Part shown: positions 36,750 through 45,983 of the stretch, in pieces
How the letters are laid out: the number at the start of each line of letters is the position of its first letter
Numbering within the stretch: the stretch's first letter is position 1
Assembly (NCBI GenBank): GCA_016735395.1
Contig: JAERRO010000007.1
Location: 1 to 54,437 of the forward strand
Length of the DNA: 54,437 nucleotides
Origin: Alphaproteobacteria bacterium
Lineage (GTDB): Bacteria > Pseudomonadota > Alphaproteobacteria > Rs-D84 > JAERRO01
Direction of reading: 5' to 3'
Notes under the pieces: generated by a model
What the model saw: the letters and a program-made list of their open reading frames with translations, nothing else
Told to the model about the DNA's origin: nothing
Database searches by the model: none
Position numbers and translations under genes: made by a program

Positions 36750-38392
36750 AAAAGTTATTCCCCGACAGCATAATTCCCCCGCGAGACAGCTACAAGTCTA
36801 CTAGCGAAGTTAAGAAGAAACCGTCTTTTAAGAAGATGATATTTTTATCTATTGTTTTGTATGCACTATTATTATGGCTATTTCCTATAGGCGGAAACAA
36901 GACTATAGAAGAAGACAAAGGTAAAACTGCTATAGAGATGAACAAAGTATTGGAGTTAAAGGAAGACAGAGTTAAATTAGAGAACGGCGATTTATCTCTA
37001 TCGTTAAACCTTTATGGCAACAGGATAGACGACTTTAAAAACAGAGATATCGACACTCCCCTATTGAGTTCTGGAGTACGATTTATAGAGATAGGAGAGT
37101 CTACACAACACAAAGATATAAAATGGGAAATAGAAAGTAGAACTTCGAACAGCATCGTGATGAAAAGAGGATTAGACAATAAGACTCACATTGTCCGTGA
37201 GGTAAAATTATTAGAGGACAGAATTTTATTATCTGACACTATAATCAACAACTCAAACACTAAATCGATACTACTTCCTTATACTAGGGTTGTCAGCGAC
37301 ACTTATATATCATCTGATTCTAGCATTCCGTTTGGAAAAAACGGTGCTATATACAGCACAGACGAAAAGACAGAGATCGTCAAATTCAAGAAGATAGATG
37401 GGGAAGATAGAGCGGTATTAAATAAAGAAGGGATGTTAGGATTTACTTACCCCTATCATACAACATTATTACAGAGCGGTATAGAGAGTTCTAAATTACG
37501 GGTTCACGAAATATCTAACTTTGTAAATACGAAGGGAGAAAAGTCTTCAAGGTATCAAGTTGATCAAATGAGCGATGCAGTGATTATCAATTCAGGAGAA
37601 AACACTAAACTAGACTATGTTATCTATAGCGGTATAAAGAGACAATCTACGATAAACGGTATAAGCGAAGGGGCAAATTCTATACCAGATGCGGGAGACA
37701 GTATAGTTTATGGTCTATTAAAATTTTTAACATACCCTATGTTAAAGCTACTAGAATTTTTACACACTCATATATTATCATTAGGTCTTGGCATAATGTT
37801 ATTTACTATAATAATAAAATTATTGATGTCTCCGTTAACGAGGAAGGCATTCGGTTCTATGGACAAGATGCGATTATTGCACCCAGAAATGACGGCAATA
37901 CAAAAGCAGTTTAAGGGCAATCCATCGGCATTACAAATAGCACTATTAGGACTATACAAGAAGCATAAGGTAAATCCCTTCAGCGGTTTTTTCTTCTTAC
38001 TATTACAAATGCCTATATATATAGCTATATATAAAGTATTGATAATAGACACAGACCTATATAATAATGGTTTTCTATGGATAGAGAGTCTACACAAGCC
38101 TGAAACAGTTACGGTATTGAATTTATTCGGTTTAATCCCGTGGGCAGGTGCCAGCGAGTTGTTAGTGATAGGAGTTTTACCTTTATTGATGGCTATTACT
38201 ATGTGGATGCAACAGAAGCTACAAACAAAGATATCTGGTAATACGACGAACAGTATGAAATGGATAAAATATCTACCGTGGGTATTTATGTTTCTATTTG
38301 CGACTATGCCGTCGGGTGTAATGATATATTGGGTATTATCGAATATATTGATGATAGTGCAGTTGTATATATTTAAGAAGATATATATCTAG
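36746..38392 (+). CDS. yidC: Membrane protein insertase YidC
   Basis: SMDKMR.L.P, LYKKHKVNP, LLQMPI, PSGVMIYW..SN. Confidence 0.95.
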   Translation: MKKLFPDSIIPPRDSYKSTSEVKKKPSFKKMIFLSIVLYALLLWLFPIGGNKTIEEDKGKTAIEMNKVLELKEDRVKLENGDLSLSLNLYGNRIDDFKNRDIDTPLLSSGVRFIEIGESTQHKDIKWEIESRTSNSIVMKRGLDNKTHIVREVKLLEDRILLSDTIINNSNTKSILLPYTRVVSDTYISSDSSIPFGKNGAIYSTDEKTEIVKFKKIDGEDRAVLNKEGMLGFTYPYHTTLLQSGIESSKLRVHEISNFVNTKGEKSSRYQVDQMSDAVIINSGENTKLDYVIYSGIKRQSTINGISEGANSIPDAGDSIVYGLLKFLTYPMLKLLEFLHTHILSLGLGIMLFTIIIKLLMSPLTRKAFGSMDKMRLLHPEMTAIQKQFKGNPSALQIALLGLYKKHKVNPFSGFFFLLLQMPIYIAIYKVLIIDTDLYNNGFLWIESLHKPETVTVLNLFGLIPWAGASELLVIGVLPLLMAITMWMQQKLQTKISGNTTNSMKWIKYLPWVFMFLFATMPSGVMIYWVLSNILMIVQLYIFKKIYI

Positions 38393-38405
38393 TATTTGAC
38401 AAAGG

Positions 38406-38433
38406 TTGACAACGAAAAAATCCGTTCTATACT
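38406..38433 (+). promoter_or_regulatory. Sigma70-type promoter
   Basis: TTGACA, 16 nt, TATACT, followed by an AAGGAG RBS. Confidence 0.65.
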
Positions 38434-38464
38434 TAACATATAGTAGAAACCAAAAGGAGAAGCT

Positions 38465-38734
38465 ATGACAACAAAAAAATACGAATTTATCGGAGAACCA
38501 AAGTTGATTGGAGGTATATTACTTCACCGTATCAGATCTTTAAAGAACTTCGGCGATGTTAAAAAAGGCGACATTGGCGGTTGGATAGGAAGCGAGAAGG
38601 ATCTATCACAAGAGGACAATTCTTGGGTTCCACTACTTTCTGTTGTATCTGGTTATACAAAGACTAAAGTCAAAGAACAGAAACAAAGAAGAAAAACTAG
38701 ACTACTGGGATTTGGATCAGGTCAAGAAAGATAA
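38465..38734 (+). CDS. Phage-type hexapeptide-family N-terminal domain protein, paralog 1 (short, basic tail)
   Basis: KKYEF..L.RIRSL..FGDVKKGDIGGWI.SE..LSQ..SW; strong RBS. Confidence 0.8.
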   Translation: MTTKKYEFIGEPKLIGGILLHRIRSLKNFGDVKKGDIGGWIGSEKDLSQEDNSWVPLLSVVSGYTKTKVKEQKQRRKTRLLGFGSGQER

Positions 38735-38771
38735 TAGAACATCTATAAACAAAAAAATGAAGGAAACAACT

Positions 38772-39098
38772 ATGACAAACAAATCAATTAAAAACAAAAT
38801 GAGATTGATACTCGAAGAACTTTTAGATCGCGAGTTACGGATACAAAGAGAAAAGAAGGTTAAAGAAAAAATTCTTATCAAAATTTTCAACAGAGAAAAA
38901 TCTATATCGCCGAATAATATGAAACTCTTTATCAAAACCCTTATTAGACCAGATTCAGATAAATTAATAACGGAAAAGTTAAAAACTATGATAGCTAGGA
39001 TAGAAGGATATACAGAAGAGAAGAAAAGCCATAGTTGTGAATCATATGAAGATAAAGATATAAGACAACTTGATACGAAAAAAACGATAGAAAGATAA
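38772..39098 (+). CDS. Hypothetical basic helical protein (start moved from 38643)
   Basis: AAGGA 7 nt before ATG 38772, which removes the overlap with the upstream gene; ends ..KKTIER. Confidence 0.6.
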   Translation: MTNKSIKNKMRLILEELLDRELRIQREKKVKEKILIKIFNREKSISPNNMKLFIKTLIRPDSDKLITEKLKTMIARIEGYTEEKKSHSCESYEDKDIRQLDTKKTIER

Positions 39099-39144
39099 TC
39101 AAGTCGCTCTTGTATTTCTACACGATTATGATTATATAGTAGAA

Positions 39145-40728
39145 ATGAGACAGTTATACTTATTATTAGTTATATTATTATTTCCGAGCATTTTATTGGG
39201 TACATCTTCTAGTAGTACTTTCTCGTCTCGACTAGGGTATTTATCGTCAGGAGACGATATCTACGGAGGCATATTCTTATCTAGCAGTTATAATAACGAG
39301 TTAGAAGATTTCTTATTGGATCGTCTATATTCTTCAGTAAAACGGGTATCTACGAATTTAGAAGTTTTAGACAACCTTACGATATCATTAGACATAAAAG
39401 AAAACCTCTATTTTAATAACGGAGAAAAAATAGATGCCAGTTCTATTAAATCTTTGATAACAGATATGTCTACATCAGACAGATTATTAAGTTCCTATTG
39501 GGGAAAATTACAGATAATTGCAAATGGAGACAAAGTTATTATCAAAAGGCTAGAAAAAAATATCAGTCCAAGTTATATATCTAGCATTCTAAATTTGCAT
39601 GTATATTCCCGCGACTTTTCCACGGATCTATCCAAAGAAGACATCACTAACATTTTCGGAGACAGAGGAGAATTATATAGAACCACCGAAGGAGAAACTC
39701 TTGTTTTAAAGTTAGAAAAAGTAGAACTAATTTTACACCCCTACCCTACGGTAGTCGAGCTAGCGAACTCTTTTAAATCGGACGACATAGATATAGTACT
39801 AGAAAATCTATATAGTACGGAAGACACATTCGGCGGTCGACCCAGGCAAATTTTGGACGAAGAAAAACTAGAAGTATTATCGTTAGTTATCAACCCTACA
39901 TCTAGAACATTCTCTAACAGAGACATAAGACGAGGTCTATCCTATGCACTAGACGACTCATACTATTACCCAGATAACAAAGAACTAGATATATTCAAGA
40001 ACGGTCTATCGTTATCTATGTTCTCATATAACTACCCTACAGAATACAGAGACAGAAAAGAACTAAGATTTTCTCCTAGTACAGAAAATTTCACGAGTAG
40101 ATTGAGAGCAAGACAGTGCAACTTTTCCAAAAGACCTAATACTCCACAGAATTTTTCGTCTCCTTTACCTCCTACAGAAAACCGTGTTGCCAGAGCGGTA
40201 GAACCTAGTAATTTTATAGGAAATTGTGATAATATAAACCGTGGCACACTACAAGTCCGTCTAACTGCGGGACGATCGATACTATATAACAACGGCTTCG
40301 GCAGATCATTTTCTAGAGTTAAATTACTTTTACCTTCGTGGTATAATATAAAGACTTCTAATTCTGGCATCTTGTGGGAGTATGTAGAGAACTTAAAAAG
40401 TCTAGGCATAAGAGATGTGGAGGTTATCGTCTCAAAGAACAGACGAGATTTTGAAAAACGGCTACACCGTGGAAATTTTGACATAGCGGTAGTCCGCGGA
40501 ATACCGTTTAAAGACGATTGGAAAATAGTGGTATGTAGTAGTTCATCGTTTAATAGTTGTATGCCGACTATATTACCTCGTCATCTCCAAAAGATATCTA
40601 GAAGCTACGAGTTAGAAAAAGATTTAAAAATCAAAGCCTTCCAAAAGAATTTTTTCAGCAGAAATCTAGAGTGGGAATTTTTATTTTTACCGTTAGTAGT
40701 AAAACCACAGATGTTCATAACGAAATAG
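39145..40728 (+). CDS. Highly divergent ABC solute-binding protein family 5-like
   Basis: Signal peptide; F.NG..IDA..I; L.INP...FSN.DIRR.LSYALD; G.FDIA. Confidence 0.6.
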   Translation: MRQLYLLLVILLFPSILLGTSSSSTFSSRLGYLSSGDDIYGGIFLSSSYNNELEDFLLDRLYSSVKRVSTNLEVLDNLTISLDIKENLYFNNGEKIDASSIKSLITDMSTSDRLLSSYWGKLQIIANGDKVIIKRLEKNISPSYISSILNLHVYSRDFSTDLSKEDITNIFGDRGELYRTTEGETLVLKLEKVELILHPYPTVVELANSFKSDDIDIVLENLYSTEDTFGGRPRQILDEEKLEVLSLVINPTSRTFSNRDIRRGLSYALDDSYYYPDNKELDIFKNGLSLSMFSYNYPTEYRDRKELRFSPSTENFTSRLRARQCNFSKRPNTPQNFSSPLPPTENRVARAVEPSNFIGNCDNINRGTLQVRLTAGRSILYNNGFGRSFSRVKLLLPSWYNIKTSNSGILWEYVENLKSLGIRDVEVIVSKNRRDFEKRLHRGNFDIAVVRGIPFKDDWKIVVCSSSSFNSCMPTILPRHLQKISRSYELEKDLKIKAFQKNFFSRNLEWEFLFLPLVVKPQMFITK

Positions 40729-40729
40729 G

Positions 40730-40758
40730 TTGACAATTCAAAATTATCAGTCTATATA
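40730..40758 (+). promoter_or_regulatory. Sigma70-type promoter of the paralog cluster
   Basis: TTGACA, 17 nt, TATATA. Confidence 0.55.
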
Positions 40759-40790
40759 TAATATATAAAAAAACAAAAAAAGGCAATACA

Positions 40791-41348
40791 ATGTTCTTAC
40801 AAAAATATGAGTTGACTGAAGAAACAAAAATAGTCGAAGGAAAGACACTTTATTGCCTTCGTGCTATCAGAGACTTTGAAAATGTCAAAAAAGGCGATTT
40901 CGGCGGTTGGATAGAAAAAGACAGTTATCGTCTTGAAGTTTCTTGTTATATAGCATCATATTTGACTGTAAAATATTCAAAAGTTAAAAATATGTTCGAT
41001 AAATTTATAGAACACTCAGAGAACGATCTAACGGATCTACATAAAGACGATTACGACTCTAAAAAAAATATAGCATCATATTTGACTGTAAAATATTCAA
41101 AAGTTAAAAATATGTTCGATAAATTTATAGAACAGTTAGAGAATAATCTAACGAATATCGACAAAGACTATTACAGCGATAAAAAATATATGGAAGAGAG
41201 AAAAAAACTAACTATAAAATACTCAAAAGTTAAAAATATGTTCGATAAATTTATAGAACAGTCAGAGAACGATCTAATGGATCTCGCCATAGACGATTAC
41301 GACTCTAAAAAATATATAGAAGAGAGAAACAACCAAAAGGAAAGATAA
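40791..41348 (+). CDS. Paralog 2: same N-terminal domain fused to three ~40-aa repeats
   Basis: KYELTEETK..LY.LRAIRDFENVKKGDFGGWIEK, then LT.KYSKVKNMFDKFIE x3. Confidence 0.8.
   Translation: MFLQKYELTEETKIVEGKTLYCLRAIRDFENVKKGDFGGWIEKDSYRLEVSCYIASYLTVKYSKVKNMFDKFIEHSENDLTDLHKDDYDSKKNIASYLTVKYSKVKNMFDKFIEQLENNLTNIDKDYYSDKKYMEERKKLTIKYSKVKNMFDKFIEQSENDLMDLAIDDYDSKKYIEERNNQKER
40949..41330 (+). repeat. 3 x 120-126-nt coding tandem repeat
   Basis: 45-nt core AAAATA(T/C)TCAAAAGTTAAAAATATGTTCGATAAATTTATAGAACA at about 40970, 41090 and 41216. Confidence 0.95.
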
Positions 41349-41830
41349 TGGCAATGATTATGAAAATAAAAAAAATGAAATACGAGTTTACTAAAGAAAC
41401 GAAAAAAGTCGACGGTAAACTTCTATATAGGATAAGAGCCTTTAGAGACTTTGGCGATATTGATAAAGGTCAACTTGGCGGTTGGGCAGAAGGAAATTGG
41501 AATTTATCTCATGACGGCGATTGCTGGATACATGATGATGCAATGTCCTACGACGAAGGTTCAGTATCAGGCAATGCTCAAATATATGATAATGCCAAAG
41601 TATTTTATAAGGCAAAAATATCTGGAAATGTAGAAATGAGCGATACAGCTATAGCCTGTGGTAATGCTAATATATCTGGTGATGTAGTACTATCTAATAA
41701 TGTTAGAATTGGTGGAGATGTAATTTTATCTGGAAACATAATGATAGATAAGAGAAGCAAAAAACATTTTAGAAAAGAAAACTATTTAGAGACTCGAGAA
41801 AATTACGGAAGAAGACGATTACAGCGATAA
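41348..41830 (+). CDS. Paralog 3: N-terminal domain plus hexapeptide (beta-helix) repeats
   Basis: KYEFTKETK..RIRAFRDFG..GGW..NLSHDGDCWIHDDA, then six-residue periodicity (VSGNAQ IYDNAK ISGNVE). Confidence 0.85.
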   Translation: MAMIMKIKKMKYEFTKETKKVDGKLLYRIRAFRDFGDIDKGQLGGWAEGNWNLSHDGDCWIHDDAMSYDEGSVSGNAQIYDNAKVFYKAKISGNVEMSDTAIACGNANISGDVVLSNNVRIGGDVILSGNIMIDKRSKKHFRKENYLETRENYGRRRLQR

Positions 41831-41880
41831 AAAAAGATAAAAGAGAGAAGCAACCAAAATAACAACCTAAAGGAAATATA

Positions 41881-42342
41881 ATGGCAATGGCAATGGCAAT
41901 GGCAATGAAAAGAGTAAAATACGAGTTTACTAAAGAAACGAAAAAAGTTGACGGCAAACTTCTACACAGGATAAGGTCTATTAGAGACTTTGGCTATGTT
42001 GATAAAGGTCAATTAGGAGGGTGGATTGAGAGTGAAGCTAATTTATCTCACAATGGCGATTGTTGGATACATGATGATGCAATGTCCTACGACGAAGGTT
42101 CAGTATTAGATAATGCTCAAATATATGATAATGCCAAAGTATTTTATAAGGCAAAAATATCTGGAAATGCAGAAATGAGCGATACCGCTATAGCCTGTGG
42201 TAATGCTAATATATCTGGTGATGTAGTAATACTTAATAATGCTAGAGTAGCTGGAGGTGTAATTTTATCTGATAATATAACAATAGATAAAAGAAGTGAA
42301 AACTATTTAGAGATTACGGAAAATTACGGAAGAAAAAGATAA
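41881..42342 (+). CDS. Paralog 4: tandem duplicate of paralog 3
   Basis: Long identical nucleotide blocks at a 539-nt offset from paralog 3. Confidence 0.85.
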   Translation: MAMAMAMAMKRVKYEFTKETKKVDGKLLHRIRSIRDFGYVDKGQLGGWIESEANLSHNGDCWIHDDAMSYDEGSVLDNAQIYDNAKVFYKAKISGNAEMSDTAIACGNANISGDVVILNNARVAGGVILSDNITIDKRSENYLEITENYGRKR

Positions 42343-42350
42343 AAGCCGTT

Positions 42351-42396
42351 AAAAAAATCGACTCTGCTATTGGGAGATCATTAGCAGAGTTTTTTT
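42351..42396. terminator. Bidirectional terminator-like hairpin between the paralog cluster and tRNA-Tyr
   Basis: A run, ACTCTGCTA...TAGCAGAGT, T run. Confidence 0.7.
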
Positions 42397-42433
42397 GTGC
42401 TAAAATTTATGGAGTTATCTATAAGATGTAAAA

Positions 42434-42518
42434 TGGTGGGAGTAGATGGAATCGAACCAACTCAGCAAAAGCAACGGATTTACAGTCCGTCCCGACTCTC
42501 CAACTCCGGCGTACTCCC
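42434..42518 (-). tRNA. tRNA-Tyr(GTA)
   Basis: GGGAGTA/TACTCCC acceptor stem, ACGGA-CTGTAAA-TCCGT anticodon arm, GGTTCGATTCC, encoded CCA. Confidence 0.96.
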
Positions 42519-42577
42519 AAATATAGTTAAAAATAATCTATTTATATTAGAAAGTCAAACATATGAGTATAAAAGAT

Positions 42578-43708
42578 TTACATTGATTTATGTCGATATA
42601 ATAGAGCCGATTGCACGAGTCCTATTGCGATCATAGTCGCGATTAAAGAGGATCCACCGAAGGATATAAAAGGGAGAGGTTTACCTACTACTGGAAAAAA
42701 CCCTAGAGCCATTCCCATGTTTAAAAAGGCAGACAGGAATAAGTTAACGGCTACTCCAAAAATAACCAGAGCCGAAAACGGGTTATTTATTTGTCGAGAG
42801 AGTTTAAATAAGATGGTTATTAACAATGCAAACAGAGCTATAACGATACAACCTCCGATGAACCCGAATTCTTCTAGAATCAGACTAAAAATGAAGTCAG
42901 TATGAATCTCCGGCAAAAATTGCAGATGGGCTTGAGTTCCCTGAAGAAATCCCATTCCGTTAAGTCCGCCGTTTCCTATAGCTATCTCGGACTGAATTAT
43001 GTGATACCCTACTCCACTAGTATCGAAAGCAGGGTTAAAAAAGACTAAAATTCTATCTCTTTGATATTGATGCAAGCCGAACAACCAGATAAATGGGACG
43101 GCTACCAATAGTACAGCGAAAGTTCTCACAAAGAACCTAGACGACAAACCGGACACAAACAGAAATGCGACAAGCAGGCCGGAGCAGAGCATTGCGGTTC
43201 CAAGATCTGGTTGTTTTAATATAAAAATGAGAGGAATTATTACTAATAGAGATGGCACTAACCAAACTGTAGATCGATTTTCAAAGAGATCTGAAGAGAA
43301 ATATTTTGCTAAAGCAAGGACTAGAGCTACTCTCAAGAATTCTGCTGGTTGAATGATGATACCTGCGATATTTATCCACCGTTGAGCCTCTCCAAGTTTT
43401 CCTACTTCTCCGACGACAAACACGAAGACGAGTAGAATCAGAGCTATTATATATATAGGATATGATGCTATCCTCCAGAAAGTGATTGGTACGAGTGTTA
43501 CGACGAACATAGCGATAAAGCCGATAGCGAATTTACCTATTTGTGTATTTAGATAGGGAGTCCACGAGCCTACTTGAGTAGTACAGAAACCCCCACAATA
43601 AGTTTCTCCGGCAGAATATAGCATTACAAACCCGACGACACATAGAGTTATTACGAGTAAAAATATCTTAAAGTTTATCTTAAAAATTTTATGAATAGGA
43701 ATAATCAT
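42578..43708 (-). CDS. rodA: Rod shape-determining protein RodA
   Basis: AQRWI, QPAEF, QPDLGT, GYHIIQS.IAIG.GG, LPE.HTDFIF; follows mrdA. Confidence 0.95.
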   Translation of the reverse strand: MIIPIHKIFKINFKIFLLVITLCVVGFVMLYSAGETYCGGFCTTQVGSWTPYLNTQIGKFAIGFIAMFVVTLVPITFWRIASYPIYIIALILLVFVFVVGEVGKLGEAQRWINIAGIIIQPAEFLRVALVLALAKYFSSDLFENRSTVWLVPSLLVIIPLIFILKQPDLGTAMLCSGLLVAFLFVSGLSSRFFVRTFAVLLVAVPFIWLFGLHQYQRDRILVFFNPAFDTSGVGYHIIQSEIAIGNGGLNGMGFLQGTQAHLQFLPEIHTDFIFSLILEEFGFIGGCIVIALFALLITILFKLSRQINNPFSALVIFGVAVNLFLSAFLNMGMALGFFPVVGKPLPFISFGGSSLIATMIAIGLVQSALLYRHKSM

Positions 43709-45537
43709 AGTAAACTTTTATTATTATATTGGTCGACTACAAACTTTAGCAGTTGACTAGCGACATTTCCTGCGATAGATCCTGCACCATTATGATCTAG
43801 TACTACGGTTGCGACGAATCTAGGCGACTTATGCGGGGCGAACCCTGTAAACAGAGCATGAGGTCTAGAAAAAAAATCGGTAGTCTCTAGATGAACTAGA
43901 TCTTCTCTTTCGGAGTTAGAAAACCCCTTCACTTGGGAAGTTCCAGTTTTACCGCCCATCTTTTCTTTACTACCTTTCCAAATATGAGAAGACATAAATG
44001 CAGTTCCCATATAATTATTGACTACACCTAGCATAGCCTTTTGTACTTGTTTTATGTGTTCTACATTCAAATTGAGAGTTTTAAATTCAGATTTATTTTT
44101 ATGTTGTACTATCGTAGGTGTTATCATTTTATTAGTTAAAATTCTGGCCATCATAACAGTTAATTGTAGTGGGGTAGTCAAGAAATACCCTTGACCTATC
44201 ATAGATATGAGTGAATCTCCGACTCTCCATTCCTCTCTAAATTTATCAAATTTATATTTAGGAGACGGGATAACACCGTCAATTTCTTGTAATAGATCCG
44301 TCTGCAAAAATTGTCCCAGACCAAATTTAGAGCAAAATTTTGCAAAATCTACGATATCTATTTTAGCACCTATCTCGTAGAAAAAAGTATCACAACTTTG
44401 AATAATGGAGTCAGCCAGGTTTAAATTTCCGTGCCCCCCTTTTTTCCAGCAGTAGTAGAACCTATCTCCAAAATGAGCTTTACCTTCACAGTTTACTGTA
44501 TGATCTTTATCGAAGGTCTTATTTTGCATAGTATATAGTGCTACAAGCGGTTTAATTACTGAACCAGGCGGATAGTGTGCGGATATGGTCTTATTTATCA
44601 GCATTGAGTGAGGATTTTTAAAAAGTTTATCTGCGGTCTCTTGAGTCATTCTAGAGTTAAAAACTTGCGGATCGAAACTAGGATGCGACACCATAGCAAT
44701 GATATGCCCCGTCTGAAGGTCCATTACTACGGCAGATCCTTGAGGATATTTTGCTAACAATTGAGATGCTTTCTGTTGAACTTTAGAATCTAGAGTCGTA
44801 AACAGATCATCGCCTTTAATAGGTTTAGTCTCGTGTGTAGAAGCTATATCTGCGATACCTAGAGCATTAGTATTGAGTCTAATACTCCCAAGTTTTCCAC
44901 GAAGTTTTCTATCATACGACAGTTCTAATCCAAACTTACCTTTCTTGACATTGGAGTTAGCGAGAACTTGTGAGTAGCCTCTTTTCACATCAACTTTAGA
45001 AGGTCTTCCTGTGTACCCGACTATATGTGTAAAGACATCGTTAAAAGGATAGTCTCTTTCAAAGTCGTCTACAACGAGCAGTCCAGGCAGAGACAGAGAT
45101 TGACTTAACAATATTCTTTTAACTTCACCGGACACATTATTTTTTATTAAAATGATCCTATTAGGATTTATCTTAATTTCGGTCAAAATTTTATCTAGTT
45201 GAGTAGAGTTTAGTCCGACTAGTTTAGCTATATTTTTTATGACACTATTATTAGAAGGAGCTTCGCTAGGAGAAAAATAGATTTTAGACAATTTTTTGGA
45301 ACCTGCGATAATAGACTTATGTCTATCGAATATGTTTCCACGAGCTGGAGTTATAAAATAATAGAGAGATCTATTCTTCTTTGCCCTACTCTTATAGTAT
45401 TTAGACTTAACAATTTGAAGGTTAAACATCTTATAGATAAGAAAAGCGAAGCCAGCTATAGTGGCGACACTAACGATAAAAGTTCTACGATCATATTCTG
45501 CGATCCAAGAAATCTTTACCATCTTTTCGAGAGCCAT
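43705..45537 (-). CDS. mrdA: Penicillin-binding protein 2
   Basis: PARG.IFDR, YPPGSVIK, SCD.FFY, IGQG, KTGTSQV. Confidence 0.96.
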   Translation of the reverse strand: MALEKMVKISWIAEYDRRTFIVSVATIAGFAFLIYKMFNLQIVKSKYYKSRAKKNRSLYYFITPARGNIFDRHKSIIAGSKKLSKIYFSPSEAPSNNSVIKNIAKLVGLNSTQLDKILTEIKINPNRIILIKNNVSGEVKRILLSQSLSLPGLLVVDDFERDYPFNDVFTHIVGYTGRPSKVDVKRGYSQVLANSNVKKGKFGLELSYDRKLRGKLGSIRLNTNALGIADIASTHETKPIKGDDLFTTLDSKVQQKASQLLAKYPQGSAVVMDLQTGHIIAMVSHPSFDPQVFNSRMTQETADKLFKNPHSMLINKTISAHYPPGSVIKPLVALYTMQNKTFDKDHTVNCEGKAHFGDRFYYCWKKGGHGNLNLADSIIQSCDTFFYEIGAKIDIVDFAKFCSKFGLGQFLQTDLLQEIDGVIPSPKYKFDKFREEWRVGDSLISMIGQGYFLTTPLQLTVMMARILTNKMITPTIVQHKNKSEFKTLNLNVEHIKQVQKAMLGVVNNYMGTAFMSSHIWKGSKEKMGGKTGTSQVKGFSNSEREDLVHLETTDFFSRPHALFTGFAPHKSPRFVATVVLDHNGAGSIAGNVASQLLKFVVDQYNNKSLL

Positions 45538-45983
45538 TTGTGTATATTAAAGGCTATGAGGAAGTAAAACGGATAGAGGATAATATTTAGCCCTGCGAAT
45601 TTTATTGAATTTAGGAGTTGAGTTATGGATAAATCGGTTAGGGGAAGAAAGAGCAGTAAATTGAGGAGGACAGATAGAATAATAAAATATGGGAAAGCAA
45701 AATAAGGTGCGATAGTGAAAGGGAATTTCAAATTCAACAGAAAAATAATAGCGGTAGAAAGCACTATAATAGGAGAAAGTCCTATTAAAAGTTCTAGAAT
45801 AAAAACAGGTATTATAATTTGAATAAAAGAGAATTTTGAAAATCCGACGATAAAAAACAACGGAAGTATCCAAAAGGTATAGAGCCAGTTATATTTGGAC
45901 AAGAAGATAACTAGAAGGAAGTTTAAAACGATAAATAGGAAAGTACCTACTGTATACTTCAAACCTAATTTATTATATTTCAT
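45516..45983 (-). CDS. mreD: Probable MreD
   Basis: Very hydrophobic 155-aa protein between mreC and mrdA; call rests on synteny. Confidence 0.6.
   Translation of the reverse strand: MKYNKLGLKYTVGTFLFIVLNFLLVIFLSKYNWLYTFWILPLFFIVGFSKFSFIQIIIPVFILELLIGLSPIIVLSTAIIFLLNLKFPFTIAPYFAFPYFIILSVLLNLLLFLPLTDLSITQLLNSIKFAGLNIILYPFYFLIAFNIHKWLSKRW

Noticed and set aside
38643-38771. N-terminal extension of the 151-aa ORF
   Set aside because: It overlaps paralog 1 by 92 nt and has no RBS; ATG 38772 has one.
40949-41330. CRISPR-like array with a 45-nt repeat
   Set aside because: The 'spacers' are homologous to each other and the period is a multiple of 3 within an open frame, so it is a coding repeat.
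41348-42342. Diversity-generating retroelement template/variable repeat pair
   Set aside because: Differences between the copies are not confined to adenines, both copies are intact genes, and there is no reverse transcriptase in the window.
38465-42518. Prophage or integrative element at tRNA-Tyr
   Set aside because: No integrase, structural or replication genes, and I saw no duplicated tRNA 3' end (att site).
42397-42636. 79-aa ORF in the track
   Set aside because: It is antisense to tRNA-Tyr and overlaps the rodA end; spurious.
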